Positions 1 through 10,716 are shown, counted from the first letter of the stretch. The stretch: DNA of 41,471 nucleotides from Dehalococcoidia bacterium (GCA_034430455.1 DAOUEO010000140.1:1-41471), one strand, 5' to 3'. Notes: generated by a model not told the origin, from the letters alone. Numbers and translations are program-made.

Positions 1-111
1 CACCACCATTTCGAGTTGCTCGGCTGGTCAGAGCCCCAGATCGTGACAAGATTTTGGCTAATTGGCATGGTTGGGGGGCTCTTGGGTATAGCATTAGCGC
101 TGTCAGATTAG
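1..111 (+). CDS. mraY: Phospho-N-acetylmuramoyl-pentapeptide transferase MraY, C-terminal fragment (5' end outside window)
   Basis: Frame 1 is open from the window edge to TAG 109-111. It translates to [36 protein letters not shown], which matches the conserved MraY C-terminal HHHFE..GW.E....RFW motif. Its position just upstream of murD fits dcw order. Confidence 0.6.
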   Translation, partial: HHHFELLGWSEPQIVTRFWLIGMVGGLLGIALALSD

Positions 112-121
112 TTAAAATGCT

Positions 122-1525
122 ATGACACCTGAGCTAGACTTTCGGGGCAAGAAGGTGACGGTGGTGGGGCTGGGTATCGAGGGCGTGGATCTGGTGCGAT
201 ACCTGGTGGGCCAGGGCGCTCGGGTCACCGCCAGCGACGTCAGGACGGCAGACCGTCTGACTCCTCATTTGCGGGAGATGGACGGGCTCCCTATCCGCCT
301 CTCCCTCGGCGCCAACGACCCCGCCGATACGGTGAGCGCCGACATGGTGTTCGTCTCGCAAAGCGTCCCCCTCGATATCCCCGCCCTGTCGGCGGCCCGC
401 GAGCGGGGGGTGCCCCTGAGCTCGATGATGCGGCTGTTCCTCGATCTCTGCCCGGGACCTGTGATCGGGATCACCGGCAGCAGCGGCAAGACGACGGTCA
501 CGAGCCTGGTGGGGGCGATGCTGGCGGCCGCCGGCATGCCGCACGTGGTGGGCGGCAACATCGGCGTGGGGCTGCTGTCACTGCTCGACCGGTTGACGCC
601 GGAGACGTGGGTCATCCTGGAGATGAGCCACACGCAACTGGAGCTGACAACCAAGAGCCCCCACGTGGCCTGCGTAACCAACGTCACGCCCAATCACCTC
701 GACCGCTACGGCTGGCCGCAGTACGTGGCGCTCAAGGAGAACATCCTGCGCTATCAGACGGAGGCCGATTTCGCGGTTCTCAGCTATGACAACGAGGAGA
801 CACGGTCGCTGGCGGCGAAGACGCGCGCGCCGGTGCTCTTTTTCAGCACGGAGGGCGATATCCCCGGCGACGGGACGCTGCTGCGGGACGGCGAGGTGGT
901 CTTGCGACAGGGCGGCCGGGAGACGCCGGTGATGCCCGTCGCCGCGATACCGCTGCGGGGCCGGCACAACGTGTCGAATGTGCTGGCGGCGACGGAAGCG
1001 GCGTCGATATGCGGGGCAGCGCCCGCCGCCATCGAGTCGGCGGTACGGAGCTTCCACAGCGTGCCTCATCGCCTGGAGTTCGTGGCCCGCGTCGACGGCG
1101 CGGACTACTACAACGATAGCATCGCGACGACCCCCGAACGGACGCTGGCAGGGATGCGCTCGTTCGAGGAGCCGCTGGTGCTGCTGCTGGGGGGTCGGGA
1201 GAAGCATCTGCCGCTGGAGGAGATGTCGCGGGAGATCTGCCGGCGCTGTCGAGCGGCGGTGTTCTTCGGGGAGGCAGGGGAGGCGCTGGGCGCGGCGGCG
1301 CGGGCTGCCTGCGACGACGTTACCCCCGAGAAACGTCCCCATATGGAGACGGTGGCGACCCTGTCAGAGGCGGTGGCGGCAGCCCGCGCCGCCGCGCGAC
1401 CGGGCGATGTCGTACTCCTATCACCGGCCTGTACCAGCTTCGACGCCTATGACAACTTCGAGGAGCGCGGCGCCCACTTCCGCCGCCTCGTCCTCGCCCT
1501 TCCGGGCGCGAAGGGAGAGCGGTAG
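122..1525 (+). CDS. murD: UDP-N-acetylmuramoylalanine--D-glutamate ligase
   Basis: 467-aa ORF with an N-terminal Rossmann motif (VVGLGIEG) and the Mur-ligase P-loop GITGSSGKTT. It is followed by ftsW-murG in dcw order. Confidence 0.9.
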   Translation: MTPELDFRGKKVTVVGLGIEGVDLVRYLVGQGARVTASDVRTADRLTPHLREMDGLPIRLSLGANDPADTVSADMVFVSQSVPLDIPALSAARERGVPLSSMMRLFLDLCPGPVIGITGSSGKTTVTSLVGAMLAAAGMPHVVGGNIGVGLLSLLDRLTPETWVILEMSHTQLELTTKSPHVACVTNVTPNHLDRYGWPQYVALKENILRYQTEADFAVLSYDNEETRSLAAKTRAPVLFFSTEGDIPGDGTLLRDGEVVLRQGGRETPVMPVAAIPLRGRHNVSNVLAATEAASICGAAPAAIESAVRSFHSVPHRLEFVARVDGADYYNDSIATTPERTLAGMRSFEEPLVLLLGGREKHLPLEEMSREICRRCRAAVFFGEAGEALGAAARAACDDVTPEKRPHMETVATLSEAVAAARAAARPGDVVLLSPACTSFDAYDNFEERGAHFRRLVLALPGAKGER

Positions 1526-1527
1526 AC

Positions 1528-2715
1528 ATGGCAGCTACAGAGACCACACGCCTGCGCGCCGGCCAGCCTGACTCCGCCATCCTCAGCCTGGTGGTGATAC
1601 TCGTAATACTGGGGCTGATCACCGTCTACAGCGCCAGCTTCGCTCTCGGTGACCTCGAATACGGCAACCCCTACTACTTCGCCACCCGCCAGGCGCTCTG
1701 GGCCGTCATCGGAGCGGGCCTGCTCGTCGTGTTCATGCGGATGGACTACCGACTATTGCGACCCCTCAGCCCTCTCATAATGATGGCGGCGCTGCTGGGC
1801 CTGGCGGCCGTGCTGGTGCCCGGGATTGGGGTCGACCGCTACGGCGCCAGCCGCTGGATCGCCCTCGGTCCGCTTCCCCCGATGCAGCCGAGCGAGTTCG
1901 CAAAGCTGGCCCTCATCATCTACGTCTCCGCCTGGCTTTCCAGCAGGGAGCGCAACGTGAGGAGCTTCGCCGCCGGCTTTGTCCCCTTCGTGCTGATGGT
2001 GGGGCTGGTGGCCGGCCTGGTGATGGCGGAGCCGGACATGGGCACCACCATCATCATCGTCCTGACCACCATAACCCTCTTTTTCATGGCCGGGGGGGCG
2101 CTCACCCATCTTGTCGCCCTGATCTCCATCGGGGGGGTAGCCGCCAGCTTCCTGCTCCTCAGCGGCGGCTACCGCATGGACCGGCTCTTCGCCTTCATCT
2201 CCCCTGAGGCGGACCCGTCGGGCAGGGGGTTTCACATCCTGCAGCTACTCATAGCCCTCGGCAGCGGCGGCATTACCGGGCTCGGCATTGGGGCGAGCCG
2301 ACAGAAGTTCTTCTACGTGCCCAGTGCCCATACCGACGGCGTCTTCGCCATCATCGGCGAGGAGATGGGATTCATCGGGGCGGTCTTGGTCATCCTTCTG
2401 TTCGCGTTCCTCGTGTATCGCGGCATCCGCGTCATGCTCAACGCGCCCGACAACTTCGGGGCCCTTCTGGCGATCGGCGTCACAAGCTGGATCGGCTACC
2501 AGGCGATCATCAACATCGGCGGCATCACCCGCTCCATCCCGATGACGGGGGTCCCGCTTCCCTTCTTGAGCTTCGGCGGCTCCGCCCTGGCGGCGACGAT
2601 GGCCGGGATCGGCATACTCCTGAGCGTCTCCCGCTACGGGAGGGGGCAGTCCAGCCAGAAGGAGCGTCTACCCCGTAGGCGGGCCAATCGTCGTATGGGG
2701 AGGGAACCAGCGTGA
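1528..2715 (+). CDS. ftsW: SEDS-family peptidoglycan glycosyltransferase / cell division protein FtsW
   Basis: 395-aa polytopic membrane protein with typical FtsW/RodA motifs (PSEFAKL, GLGIGASRQK..YVP.AHTDGVFA, PLPFLSFGGSA). ATG 1528 lies 2 nt after the murD stop. Confidence 0.9.
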   Translation: MAATETTRLRAGQPDSAILSLVVILVILGLITVYSASFALGDLEYGNPYYFATRQALWAVIGAGLLVVFMRMDYRLLRPLSPLIMMAALLGLAAVLVPGIGVDRYGASRWIALGPLPPMQPSEFAKLALIIYVSAWLSSRERNVRSFAAGFVPFVLMVGLVAGLVMAEPDMGTTIIIVLTTITLFFMAGGALTHLVALISIGGVAASFLLLSGGYRMDRLFAFISPEADPSGRGFHILQLLIALGSGGITGLGIGASRQKFFYVPSAHTDGVFAIIGEEMGFIGAVLVILLFAFLVYRGIRVMLNAPDNFGALLAIGVTSWIGYQAIINIGGITRSIPMTGVPLPFLSFGGSALAATMAGIGILLSVSRYGRGQSSQKERLPRRRANRRMGREPA

Positions 2716-3803
2716 GAGTAGTCCTTTCCGGCGGCGGCACGGGGGGGCACGTTTACCCCGCTCTGGCGGTGGCGGCGGCGCTGCGGCAAGATCTTTCGGA
2801 GAAGGGGCCGCTGGAGCTCCTGTACGTCGGAGTGCGCGGCCGGATGGATGACCAACTCATGACCGACGAGATAATGCCCTTCCGCGCGGTCAGGGCCGGC
2901 GCCCTGCGCGGGCGCTCGCCCTGGGGGTTCGTTCAGGGTGTGTCCAACCTCCTTCTCGGCACTGTCGAGGCGCGCAAATACCTGAAGCAGTTCCGGCCGC
3001 ACGTCGTCTTCGCGACCGGAGGCTACGCCAGCGTACCGGTGGCCGTCGCCGCCCGCGTCGTCGGCCGGCCGCTCCTCGTCTACCTGCCCGACATCCATCC
3101 CGGCTGGGCAGTGCGGCTGATCGCCCGCCTGGCCACCAGGATAGCCGTCACCAGCGACGCTTCCCTCCCCTATCTGTCAAAGCGCAAGACATCTGTTACC
3201 GGCTACCCCGTCCGCAGGGGCTTCCTCGACGCCGCCAGAGACGAGGCTCGACGACGCCTGGGGCTCGATCCTTCCCTCAAGACGCTGCTCGTCAGCGGGG
3301 GGAGTCTGGGCGCCCACAGCATCAACCGGATGGTCGCGGAGAACCTCCCCGGCCTTGCGGCATTATGTCAAATAGTCCACGTCTCCGGCGCCGCCGACCT
3401 CGACTGGCTTACCCGCGTCCACGACGAGCTGCCGACGGAGCTGAGGGCCCGCCACCACCTCTACCCCTATCTGCACGACGAGATGCCCTGGGCGATGGCG
3501 GCCGCCGACCTGGCCCTCAGTCGCGCCGGCGCCTCCACCCTCGGCGAGCTGCCGGCCCTCGGCCTGCCCGCCGTTCTGGTGCCCGGGCCCTTCTCCGACC
3601 AGGAGGCGAACGCCCGCTACCTCAGCGAGCGGGGGGCGGCGCTCACGTTGACGAACAGTCACGTCGCAGGGGCAGTGCCCTTGATAAAGGAGTTGCTGGA
3701 CGACGACGAACGGCTGAAAGCGATGGCGCAGGCGGCGCGAACCCTGGCGCGCCCGGACGCCGCCAGCCGCATCGCCGATCTGCTCATAGAAATGGCCAGA
3801 TGA
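2712..3803 (+). CDS. murG: UDP-N-acetylglucosamine--N-acetylmuramyl-(pentapeptide) pyrophosphoryl-undecaprenol GlcNAc transferase
   Basis: 363-aa ORF with the N-terminal GGGTGGHVYPALAV motif and a C-terminal ...SRAGASTLGEL... block. Its GTG start overlaps the ftsW stop (GTGA). Confidence 0.9.
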   Translation: MRVVLSGGGTGGHVYPALAVAAALRQDLSEKGPLELLYVGVRGRMDDQLMTDEIMPFRAVRAGALRGRSPWGFVQGVSNLLLGTVEARKYLKQFRPHVVFATGGYASVPVAVAARVVGRPLLVYLPDIHPGWAVRLIARLATRIAVTSDASLPYLSKRKTSVTGYPVRRGFLDAARDEARRRLGLDPSLKTLLVSGGSLGAHSINRMVAENLPGLAALCQIVHVSGAADLDWLTRVHDELPTELRARHHLYPYLHDEMPWAMAAADLALSRAGASTLGELPALGLPAVLVPGPFSDQEANARYLSERGAALTLTNSHVAGAVPLIKELLDDDERLKAMAQAARTLARPDAASRIADLLIEMAR

Positions 3804-5254
3804 TAGCGACGATGGCGACCAAGAGAAAGGCGGCAAGAAGAGCGATCCCCCACCGGGTCCACCTCGTGGGGATCGGCGGCGTGCACATGTCCGCCATCGC
3901 CCACATCCTCATGACCTGGGGGCACCAGGTGAGCGGCTCTGACCTGCGCCTGTCGCCCTTTACTGAGCGGCTGACGGAGCAGGGAGCCACGGTCTACGAA
4001 GGACACGCCGCCGCAAACGTGCACGACGCCGAGCTGGTGGTCACAACCTCAGCGGCGACCAGGGACAACCCCGAACTCAGCGAGGCGCAGCGGCGCGGCA
4101 TCCCCGTCATCAAGCGGGCGGAGATGGTCGCGCGGCTGATGGAGGGTCGCTACTCAGTTGCCATCGCCGGCACTCACGGTAAGACGACGACCAGCGCCCT
4201 CATCTCTTTCTTGCTTGCCGAGGCCGGGCTCTCACCAACGTTCCTCGTCGGCGGCGACATAGCGAACCTGGGCACGAACGCCGCCGCCGGTGAGGGACGG
4301 CATATCGTAGTGGAGGCGGACGAGTTCGACGCCGCCTTCCTCAGCTATGAGCCCGACCTCGCCGTCGTCACCAACATCGAGCCGGACCATCTCGACTTCT
4401 ACGGCTCGTTCGACGAGCTGAAGGCGGCCTTCGCCCGGTTCCTGATGTCGGTGCCGCCGCAGGGCCTCGTCATCGCCTGCGCCGACAACCCCACCGTCTG
4501 TGACCTCCTCGGCCGCGGTACGGGGGAGCCGATCCCTCTCCAGACGACGCAGGTGGAGCTCTACGGGCTGGATACTCCGGTGGACTGGGTCGTCAGCCAC
4601 CTGGGCCGGCTGCCGGGCGGCGAGCAGGAGTTCCTTGTAGGTCTGCACGGCCGCCCCTACGGCGAGTTTCACCTTGGCCTGCCGGGACGGCACAACGTGA
4701 GCAACGCCCTCGCCGCTATCGCCGTCGGCCATCACGTCGGCGTGCCGCTGCGGACGATGCAGAAGGCGGTGGCAGCGTTCCGGGGCACCGGCCGGCGCTT
4801 CGAGCTGGTGGGAGAGGCGGCCGGGGTAACGGTGATGGACGACTACGCGCACCATCCCACGGAGGTAGCGGCCACCATCGCCGCCGCCCGCGAGCGCTTC
4901 GCCGGACGCCGCCTGATCGCGGTGTTCCAGCCCCACACGTACAGCCGCACGCTCTATCTCCGGGAGGGGTTCCGCACCTGCTTCGAGGGGCTGGACGCGC
5001 TGCTCATCGCCGATACCTACGCTGCCCGCGAGACGTACGCCGACGGGATGAGCGCGGAGGCGCTGGCCAAGGAGGTCACGCGGCCGCGGGCGCGGTTCGT
5101 CCCCACCTTCGCGGCGGCGGCAGAGGAGGCGCTGCGGATGCTCAAGCCCGGCGACGTCTTGTTCACCATCGGCGCTGGGGATGTCAACGAGGTAGGGCCG
5201 CTGGTCCTGGATGGCCTCCAGAAGAGGGACAAGGGGCACAGCGATGGCGACTGA
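3800..5254 (+). CDS. murC: UDP-N-acetylmuramate--L-alanine ligase
   Basis: The track ORF 3365..5254 has an Arg/Pro-rich 5' part lying inside murG. The conserved sequence begins at ATG 3800 (MIATMATKRK..VHLVGIGGVHMSAIAHIL), which overlaps the murG stop as ATGA. Mur-ligase P-loop GTHGKTTT and DDYAHHP motif are present. Confidence 0.9.
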   Translation: MIATMATKRKAARRAIPHRVHLVGIGGVHMSAIAHILMTWGHQVSGSDLRLSPFTERLTEQGATVYEGHAAANVHDAELVVTTSAATRDNPELSEAQRRGIPVIKRAEMVARLMEGRYSVAIAGTHGKTTTSALISFLLAEAGLSPTFLVGGDIANLGTNAAAGEGRHIVVEADEFDAAFLSYEPDLAVVTNIEPDHLDFYGSFDELKAAFARFLMSVPPQGLVIACADNPTVCDLLGRGTGEPIPLQTTQVELYGLDTPVDWVVSHLGRLPGGEQEFLVGLHGRPYGEFHLGLPGRHNVSNALAAIAVGHHVGVPLRTMQKAVAAFRGTGRRFELVGEAAGVTVMDDYAHHPTEVAATIAAARERFAGRRLIAVFQPHTYSRTLYLREGFRTCFEGLDALLIADTYAARETYADGMSAEALAKEVTRPRARFVPTFAAAAEEALRMLKPGDVLFTIGAGDVNEVGPLVLDGLQKRDKGHSDGD

Positions 5255-6170
5255 ATCCTTGATCGAGGAACTGGGAACGATTGCGGAGGTCCGGCGGGAC
5301 GAGCCGCTGGCGCGCCACACCACGTTCGGGATCGGCGGGCCCGCCGACGTCTACGCGGCGGCCTCCACGGCCGATGAGCTGCGGCAGATGACAACGAACT
5401 GTCACCGTCATGAGACGCCCTTCTTCGTCCTGGGCGCGGGCAGCAACATCCTGGTCGGCGACGGGGGCATCCGCGGCGTCGTGATCGAGAACAGGGCGCG
5501 GCGGGTCGACGGCCCCCAGGAGCGGCAGAACGGCTCCGCCCTCTTCCGCGCCGAGTCGGGCGCCAGCCTCGCCTCCCTGGCCCGCGACCTGGCGCGCCGG
5601 GGCCTCGCCGGCCTCGAGTGGGCGGGGGGCATCCCGGGCACGGTCGGCGGCGCCGTGGTGTACAACGCCGGCGCCTACGACGGCTGCCTCGCCGACGTGC
5701 TGACCAGGGTCGGCATGGCGGACAAGGAGGGCAACGAGTACGCGCTGGATGTCAGAGAGCTGGGGCTCGGCTACCGGGAGAGCGGCTTCACCCGCCGCCT
5801 CTTCACGGGCCAGGTGATCCTCTGGGCCGAGCTGCGCCTGCTGCCCGCGAGCAGCGACGACCTCCAGAAGCGGATCGAGGATCTCGACCGGCTGCGGCAG
5901 GAGACGCAGCCCCGCGGTCGCAGCGCCGGCTCCATCTTCAAGAACGTGCGCGAGTACCCCGCCTGGTGGCTGATCGACCAGGTGGGGCTGCGGGGGCACC
6001 GCGTCGGCGACGCCGAGTTCTCGGCCAACCACCCGAACTTCATCCTGAACGTGGGGCAGGCGCGGGCCGCCGACGTGAAAGCGCTCATGGAGCTGGCCCA
6101 GGAGCGGGTGTGGGCGGAGTTCTCCCTGCGGCTCCTGCCGGAGGTCGCATTCGTGGGTGAGGGATTCTGA
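5244..6170 (+). CDS. murB: UDP-N-acetylenolpyruvoylglucosamine reductase
   Basis: FAD-binding MurB-like sequence ([31 protein letters not shown]). The ORF opens at 5211, but ATG 5244 ([10 protein letters not shown]) is the more plausible start. Either start overlaps the murC end. Confidence 0.85.
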   Translation: MATESLIEELGTIAEVRRDEPLARHTTFGIGGPADVYAAASTADELRQMTTNCHRHETPFFVLGAGSNILVGDGGIRGVVIENRARRVDGPQERQNGSALFRAESGASLASLARDLARRGLAGLEWAGGIPGTVGGAVVYNAGAYDGCLADVLTRVGMADKEGNEYALDVRELGLGYRESGFTRRLFTGQVILWAELRLLPASSDDLQKRIEDLDRLRQETQPRGRSAGSIFKNVREYPAWWLIDQVGLRGHRVGDAEFSANHPNFILNVGQARAADVKALMELAQERVWAEFSLRLLPEVAFVGEGF

Positions 6171-6171
6171 G

Positions 6172-7260
6172 ATGACGACGGCGATAAGTCAGAAGCTACG
6201 CCTGGGCGTGATCTTCGGCGGGGCATCCGGCGAGCACGAGGTCTCCGTGGTGTCAGCGCAGCATGTGATGGCGGCGGTGGACAGGGAACGCTTCGACGTG
6301 GTGCCCATCGGCGTCAGCAAGACCGGCGCCTGGCTCACGCCGGAGGAGACGATGGCGCAGATGGGAGAGCCAAGCGCCCCCTATGAGAAGACGCTCCGTC
6401 TCCCCGGCGCCGAGGGGCTCCTCGCCTGCGCGGCGGGGCTAATGGCGCTATCAACGATAGACGTGGCATTCCCCCTGATCCACGGTCCCGGTGGCGAGGA
6501 CGGGACGCTCCAGGGGATGCTGGAACTGGCGGAGGTGCCCTACGTGGGGGCGGGGGTGGCGGCGAGCGCGGTGGGACTGGACAAAGCGCTCATGAAGGCG
6601 CTGCTCCGCGACGCCGGTCTGCCGGTGGTGGACTACAGGGTAGTCACGCAATCGCGCTGGGTAAAGGAGGCGCCGACGGTCACGGAGGAGATCGAGGAGA
6701 CACTCCTCTACCCGCTCTTCGTCAAGCCCGCGAACGGGGGCAGCAGCGTGGGGATCACCAAGGTGCGCTCGCGGGAAGACCTGGGCGACGCCATCGAGGA
6801 AGCGTTCCGCTACGACCGCAAGCTGGTGGTCGAGAACGGCGTGGACTGCCGCGAGATCGAGTGCGCGGTGCTGGGGAACGACGAGCCGGAGGCGTCGGGG
6901 CTGGGCGAGATCCGCTACCAGGGCGAGTTCTATGACTACGCCGCGAAGTATCTCGACTCATCCACGGAGCTGCTGGCGCCGGCGCCGGTGCCGCCGGACG
7001 TGGAGTCACGTATCCGGCAGATCGCGGTCGGCGCCTTCCGCGCGATCGACTGCGCGGGGATGGCGCGGGTCGACTGCTTTCTGACGCCGCAGGGTGAGGT
7101 CTTCGTCGACGAGCTCAACACCGTGCCCGGCTTCACCCCCGTGAGCATGTACCCCCGACTGTGGCAGGTGGCGGGGCTGTCCTATTCCGGACTCATCAGT
7201 CGCCTGGTCGACCTGGGGCGGGAGCGGTTCAACCAGAGGAGGCGATTTGCGCAGGCGTAG
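6172..7260 (+). CDS. ddl: D-alanine--D-alanine ligase
   Basis: Starts LRLGVIFGGASGEHEVSVVSA and contains an ATP-grasp body (LFVKPANGGSSVGI, ELNTVPGFT). ATG 6172 lies 1 nt after the murB stop; the ORF track start at 6157 is an alternative. Confidence 0.9.
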   Translation: MTTAISQKLRLGVIFGGASGEHEVSVVSAQHVMAAVDRERFDVVPIGVSKTGAWLTPEETMAQMGEPSAPYEKTLRLPGAEGLLACAAGLMALSTIDVAFPLIHGPGGEDGTLQGMLELAEVPYVGAGVAASAVGLDKALMKALLRDAGLPVVDYRVVTQSRWVKEAPTVTEEIEETLLYPLFVKPANGGSSVGITKVRSREDLGDAIEEAFRYDRKLVVENGVDCREIECAVLGNDEPEASGLGEIRYQGEFYDYAAKYLDSSTELLAPAPVPPDVESRIRQIAVGAFRAIDCAGMARVDCFLTPQGEVFVDELNTVPGFTPVSMYPRLWQVAGLSYSGLISRLVDLGRERFNQRRRFAQA

Positions 7261-8014
7261 CTACCGGCAGCGCTGGCAGAGCGACCCATCCCCCGCTCGT
7301 GTGGGCGGGTGGCGGCGGGCGCTTCGCCGCTTCCTGCTGCCAGCGCTGGCGATCATCGGGCTGGCGGCGGGTGGCTGGCTGCTGCTCCGCTCGCCGCTGC
7401 TGCAGGTCCAGGAGGTGAAGGTCGTGGGGGCGGAGAGGCTCGACGCGGCGACCCTGGCCGCCGCCTCCGGCCTGGAGGGGCAGAACATCCTCTTCGCCGA
7501 CACGGGGAAGGCGAAGGAGCGTCTCTCCCAGGTGGCGCTGATCAAGGACTTATCGATAGAGCGGCGGTGGCCGGGGAAGATGGTAATAAAGGTCAAGGAG
7601 CGTCAGCCATGGGGCTACTGGCAGGTTAAGGATGACGTCTACGTCATCGACGATGAGGGATTCGTCCTCGATAACGACCAGCCGGACGAGGGCGCTCCTA
7701 CGATCGTGCAGCTGGACAGCGAGCGGCGGTGGCTCCCCGGCGAGCGGGTGGAGGTCCACGCCGTCGATCTGGCGCGGCAGCTCATCGAGTCGGCGCCGCG
7801 CTCCCTGGGCCGGGCGGTCGTCGGGCTGGAGTACAGCGACCGCAGCGGCCTGACGGTTGTCCTGGAGGGCGACCTGCGGGCCACCTTCGGCGACGACCGC
7901 GACCTCGACTACAAGGTCAGCGTCCTCTACGTGCTCCTGGAGAAGGCGCAGCGGGAGGGACGAGAAGTTCACGCCGTGGACCTCCGGTTCGGGGACAGCG
8001 TGTCATTCCAGTAA
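7247..8014 (+). CDS. ftsQ: Cell division protein FtsQ/DivIB (POTRA domain)
   Basis: Basic N-terminus, one TM helix (LLPALAIIGLAAGGWLLL), then a POTRA-like VQEVKVVGAERLD segment. TTG start overlaps the ddl end. It sits between ddl and ftsA. Confidence 0.75.
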   Translation: MRRRSYRQRWQSDPSPARVGGWRRALRRFLLPALAIIGLAAGGWLLLRSPLLQVQEVKVVGAERLDAATLAAASGLEGQNILFADTGKAKERLSQVALIKDLSIERRWPGKMVIKVKERQPWGYWQVKDDVYVIDDEGFVLDNDQPDEGAPTIVQLDSERRWLPGERVEVHAVDLARQLIESAPRSLGRAVVGLEYSDRSGLTVVLEGDLRATFGDDRDLDYKVSVLYVLLEKAQREGREVHAVDLRFGDSVSFQ

Positions 8015-8069
8015 AAGGGAGCTTTCGGAAGGCCAAGCGAGCCGGCGACCCAGGAAGGAGGAACCCAAG

Positions 8070-9314
8070 GTGGTGAAGAGCGGCACTTTCGCCTCCATTG
8101 ACGTGGGGACGACTAAGGTATGCACCGTGGTCGGTGAGGTCACCGACGACGCCGCCCTGCGGATCCTCGGCGTCGGGGTGTCCCCCGCCCGAGGCTTCAG
8201 CCGCGGGATGGTGGACAACATCCGCGACGCGACGATGTCGGTGCGCGACTCGGTTGAGAAGGCGGAGCGTTCGAGCGGGACGCGCATCCTCTCCGCCCAC
8301 GTGGGGATCGCGGGGTCGCACATCCAGTCCCTGAACAGCCGCGGCATAGCGGCGATCCCCGACCGGCAGCATCCCATCTCCGCCGACGACATCGAGCGGG
8401 TGATCGAGGGGGCACGCGTCATCAACCTCCCCTCCAACCGCGAGGTGCTGCACGCCGTGCCCCGCTGCTACGTCGTGGATGGGCAGGACAGCGTAAGCGA
8501 CCCGCTGGGGATGCACGGACAGCGGCTGGATGTGGAAACTCACATCGTTACGGCGTCGGTCAGCGCGATGCAGAACCTGACGAAGTGCGTGGAGGGGGCG
8601 ATGGTGGAGGTGGAAAGCATCATTTTGGAGCCGCTGGCCAGCGCGGAGGCCGTCCTGGAAGAGGAGGAGATGAAGCAGGGAGTGGTGGTGGCCGACATCG
8701 GCGGCGGGACGACGGGGCTGGCGGTATACCTGGAGGGGAGCGCGTTCCATACCTGCGTGCTGCCGGTGGGGGGGAATCATCTGACCCGCGACCTGGTGGT
8801 GGGGCTGCGCTGCCCCTATCAGGTCGCCGAAGAGGCGAAGGAGAGGTACGGCCACGCCATCCCCAGTCTGGTGGACGCCGACGAATCGGTGGATCTGGAC
8901 TGCTTCGGTTCGGAGCGGCAGAAATCGGTGCCCCGCCGCCGGCTGTGCGAGATCCTGCAGGCGCGCTGCGAGGAGATCGTGGAGATGGTGATCAGCGAGG
9001 CCAAGCGCTCCGTCCACGACGACATCCTGTCGGCCGGGATCGTCCTCACCGGCGGGACGGCCAACCTGCAGGGGCTCGATCTCCTGGCGGAGCAGGTGAG
9101 CGGGCTGCCGGTACGGGTGGGCCTGCCGCAACACCTGCAGGGGCTCTCGGAGACGCTGGCCGACCCGGCCTACGCCACCAGCGTGGGCCTGCTCCAGTGG
9201 GCCCTGAGGGAGAACAAGCTGCTCCTGGGGAGCCAGCGCGCGGGGCCCAGCGTCGCCGTGGGCGGCTGGCTCCGCCGTGTCGGTCACTTCATGAGAGTTC
9301 TCATGCCTGAATAA
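8070..9314 (+). CDS. ftsA: Cell division protein FtsA (actin-like ATPase)
   Basis: The conserved sequence starts VVKSGTFASIDVGTTKVCTVVGE at GTG 8070, with GGAGG 10-15 nt upstream. A second phosphate motif VADIGGGTT is present. The track ORF's 5' extension (7857-8069) overlaps ftsQ and is not FtsA-like. Confidence 0.85.
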   Translation: MVKSGTFASIDVGTTKVCTVVGEVTDDAALRILGVGVSPARGFSRGMVDNIRDATMSVRDSVEKAERSSGTRILSAHVGIAGSHIQSLNSRGIAAIPDRQHPISADDIERVIEGARVINLPSNREVLHAVPRCYVVDGQDSVSDPLGMHGQRLDVETHIVTASVSAMQNLTKCVEGAMVEVESIILEPLASAEAVLEEEEMKQGVVVADIGGGTTGLAVYLEGSAFHTCVLPVGGNHLTRDLVVGLRCPYQVAEEAKERYGHAIPSLVDADESVDLDCFGSERQKSVPRRRLCEILQARCEEIVEMVISEAKRSVHDDILSAGIVLTGGTANLQGLDLLAEQVSGLPVRVGLPQHLQGLSETLADPAYATSVGLLQWALRENKLLLGSQRAGPSVAVGGWLRRVGHFMRVLMPE

Positions 9315-9370
9315 GGAGAGAAACGGGGTGGAATCTCTAGTAAACGATACGAACCTGCTGAAAGGAGGCG

Positions 9371-10441
9371 ATGGTGACGGCTAGAGAAGACTTGGACAGC
9401 CTTCCCCCCATCAAGGTGGTGGGGGTGGGTGGCGGCGGCTGCAACGCCGTCAGCCGGATGATGGCGGAGAGGGTCCGCGGCGTGCAACTAGTGGCGGTCA
9501 ACACCGACGCGCAGGCCCTCGCCCATACGGACGCCCACGTGCGGATCCGCATCGGCGACAGGCTGACGAAGGGACTGGGGGTGGGCGGCGACCCCGGGAA
9601 GGGGCTGCGCGCCGCTGAGGAGAGCCGGGAGGAGCTGTTCGACGCCGTGAAGGGGGCGGAGATGGTGTTCGTGACCGCCGGCATGGGCGGAGGCACCGGC
9701 ACCGGCGCCTCCTCGATCGTGGGGGAGGTGGCCCGCGAGGCGGGCGCCCTGGCGATCGGTATCGTCACCAAGCCCTTCGCCTTTGAGGGCGCGAAGCGGC
9801 GCTTCCAGGCAGAGGAAGGGATCGGCCACCTGCAGAGCAAGGTGGACACCCTCATCGTCATCCCCAACGACCGCCTCCTCGCCGTGTGCAGTCCCGAGGT
9901 TACGGTCAGCGAGGCGTTCCGCGCGGGCGATGAGGTGCTGCGGCAGTCGATCCAGGGGATATCGGAGGTCATCACCGTCCCCGGCGACATCAACCTCGAC
10001 TTCGCCGACGTGCGCAAGATCATGGGCGAGGCGGGCCCGGCCCTGCTCGCCATCGGCCGCGCCAGCGGCGAGAACCGGGCGGCGGAAGCGGCGCGGGCGG
10101 CGATCAGCAGCCCCCTCCTCGACACGAGCATCGAGGGGGCGACGGGGGTGCTGTTCAACGTCACGGGTTCCCGCAGCGTGGGGCTGCACGAGCTGAACCT
10201 GGCGGCGCAGGTGATCGCCGAGGTGGTAGACCCCGACGCCGAGATCATCTTCGGGACGGCGACGGACCCCGACCTGGGGGACGAGATAAAGGTGACGGTC
10301 ATCGCCACCGGCTTCACCCCCGCCGAGAGTCAGACGCTGGAGCGGGACCAGCGGATAAGGCAGATCCGGGTGCAGGCGATGCAGAACGTCGCCGACACCG
10401 ACCTACCGACCTTTCTCCGCCGCACGGTTTCCCTGCGGTGA
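9371..10441 (+). CDS. ftsZ: Cell division GTPase FtsZ
   Basis: Carries the tubulin signature GGGTGTGA plus [14 protein letters not shown] and [15 protein letters not shown] is the RBS directly upstream of ATG 9371. Confidence 0.95.
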   Translation: MVTAREDLDSLPPIKVVGVGGGGCNAVSRMMAERVRGVQLVAVNTDAQALAHTDAHVRIRIGDRLTKGLGVGGDPGKGLRAAEESREELFDAVKGAEMVFVTAGMGGGTGTGASSIVGEVAREAGALAIGIVTKPFAFEGAKRRFQAEEGIGHLQSKVDTLIVIPNDRLLAVCSPEVTVSEAFRAGDEVLRQSIQGISEVITVPGDINLDFADVRKIMGEAGPALLAIGRASGENRAAEAARAAISSPLLDTSIEGATGVLFNVTGSRSVGLHELNLAAQVIAEVVDPDAEIIFGTATDPDLGDEIKVTVIATGFTPAESQTLERDQRIRQIRVQAMQNVADTDLPTFLRRTVSLR

Positions 10442-10543
10442 GAAGGCAAATCTTTAGGTAGAAAGGAGGTATCTGTCCAGCCGAGCAGTCAGGTCCCCGG
10501 TGGGATCCGGGAGTTGAAAGCTGTCCCTGAGGCAGGGACAGGA

Positions 10544-10589
10544 GCCGCGGGCGGTGTCTAGGGAGATACGCCGCCCGCGGCCGCTTTTT
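10544..10589 (+). terminator. Rho-independent terminator downstream of ftsZ
   Basis: Perfect 11-bp GC stem gccgcgggcgg (10544-10554) / ccgcccgcggc (10571-10581), followed by a TTTTT run at 10585-10589. It is preceded by a second 8-bp hairpin ctgtccct/agggacag (10521-10541). Confidence 0.6.
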
Positions 10590-10716
10590 ACAGCCTTTTC
10601 TCAGATTCCGTCCGGCCGTTGTGGCGCGGCCGCGGCGCTTATGTCGAACGCCCCGCGAACGGGGATTTCGGCGCCCTGAGTCTGTGCCCCTTGACAGAAC
10701 AAGAGGCGCAACTTGA

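Noticed and set aside
3365-3799. N-terminal extensions of track ORFs: murC from 3365, recX from 19733, pabB from 31256, ftsA from 7857 and recA from 19638.
   Set aside because: The extensions overlap the preceding conserved gene (or a tRNA, in the case of pabB) and are low-complexity. The conserved protein sequence begins at an internal start with an RBS or stop-start overlap.
10463-10531. Strong Shine-Dalgarno-like AAAGGAGG just after ftsZ, suggesting a small ORF.
   Set aside because: No ATG/GTG/TTG lies at a suitable distance. The only frames start with ATC or CTG, encode 14-19 codons and run into the terminator hairpins.
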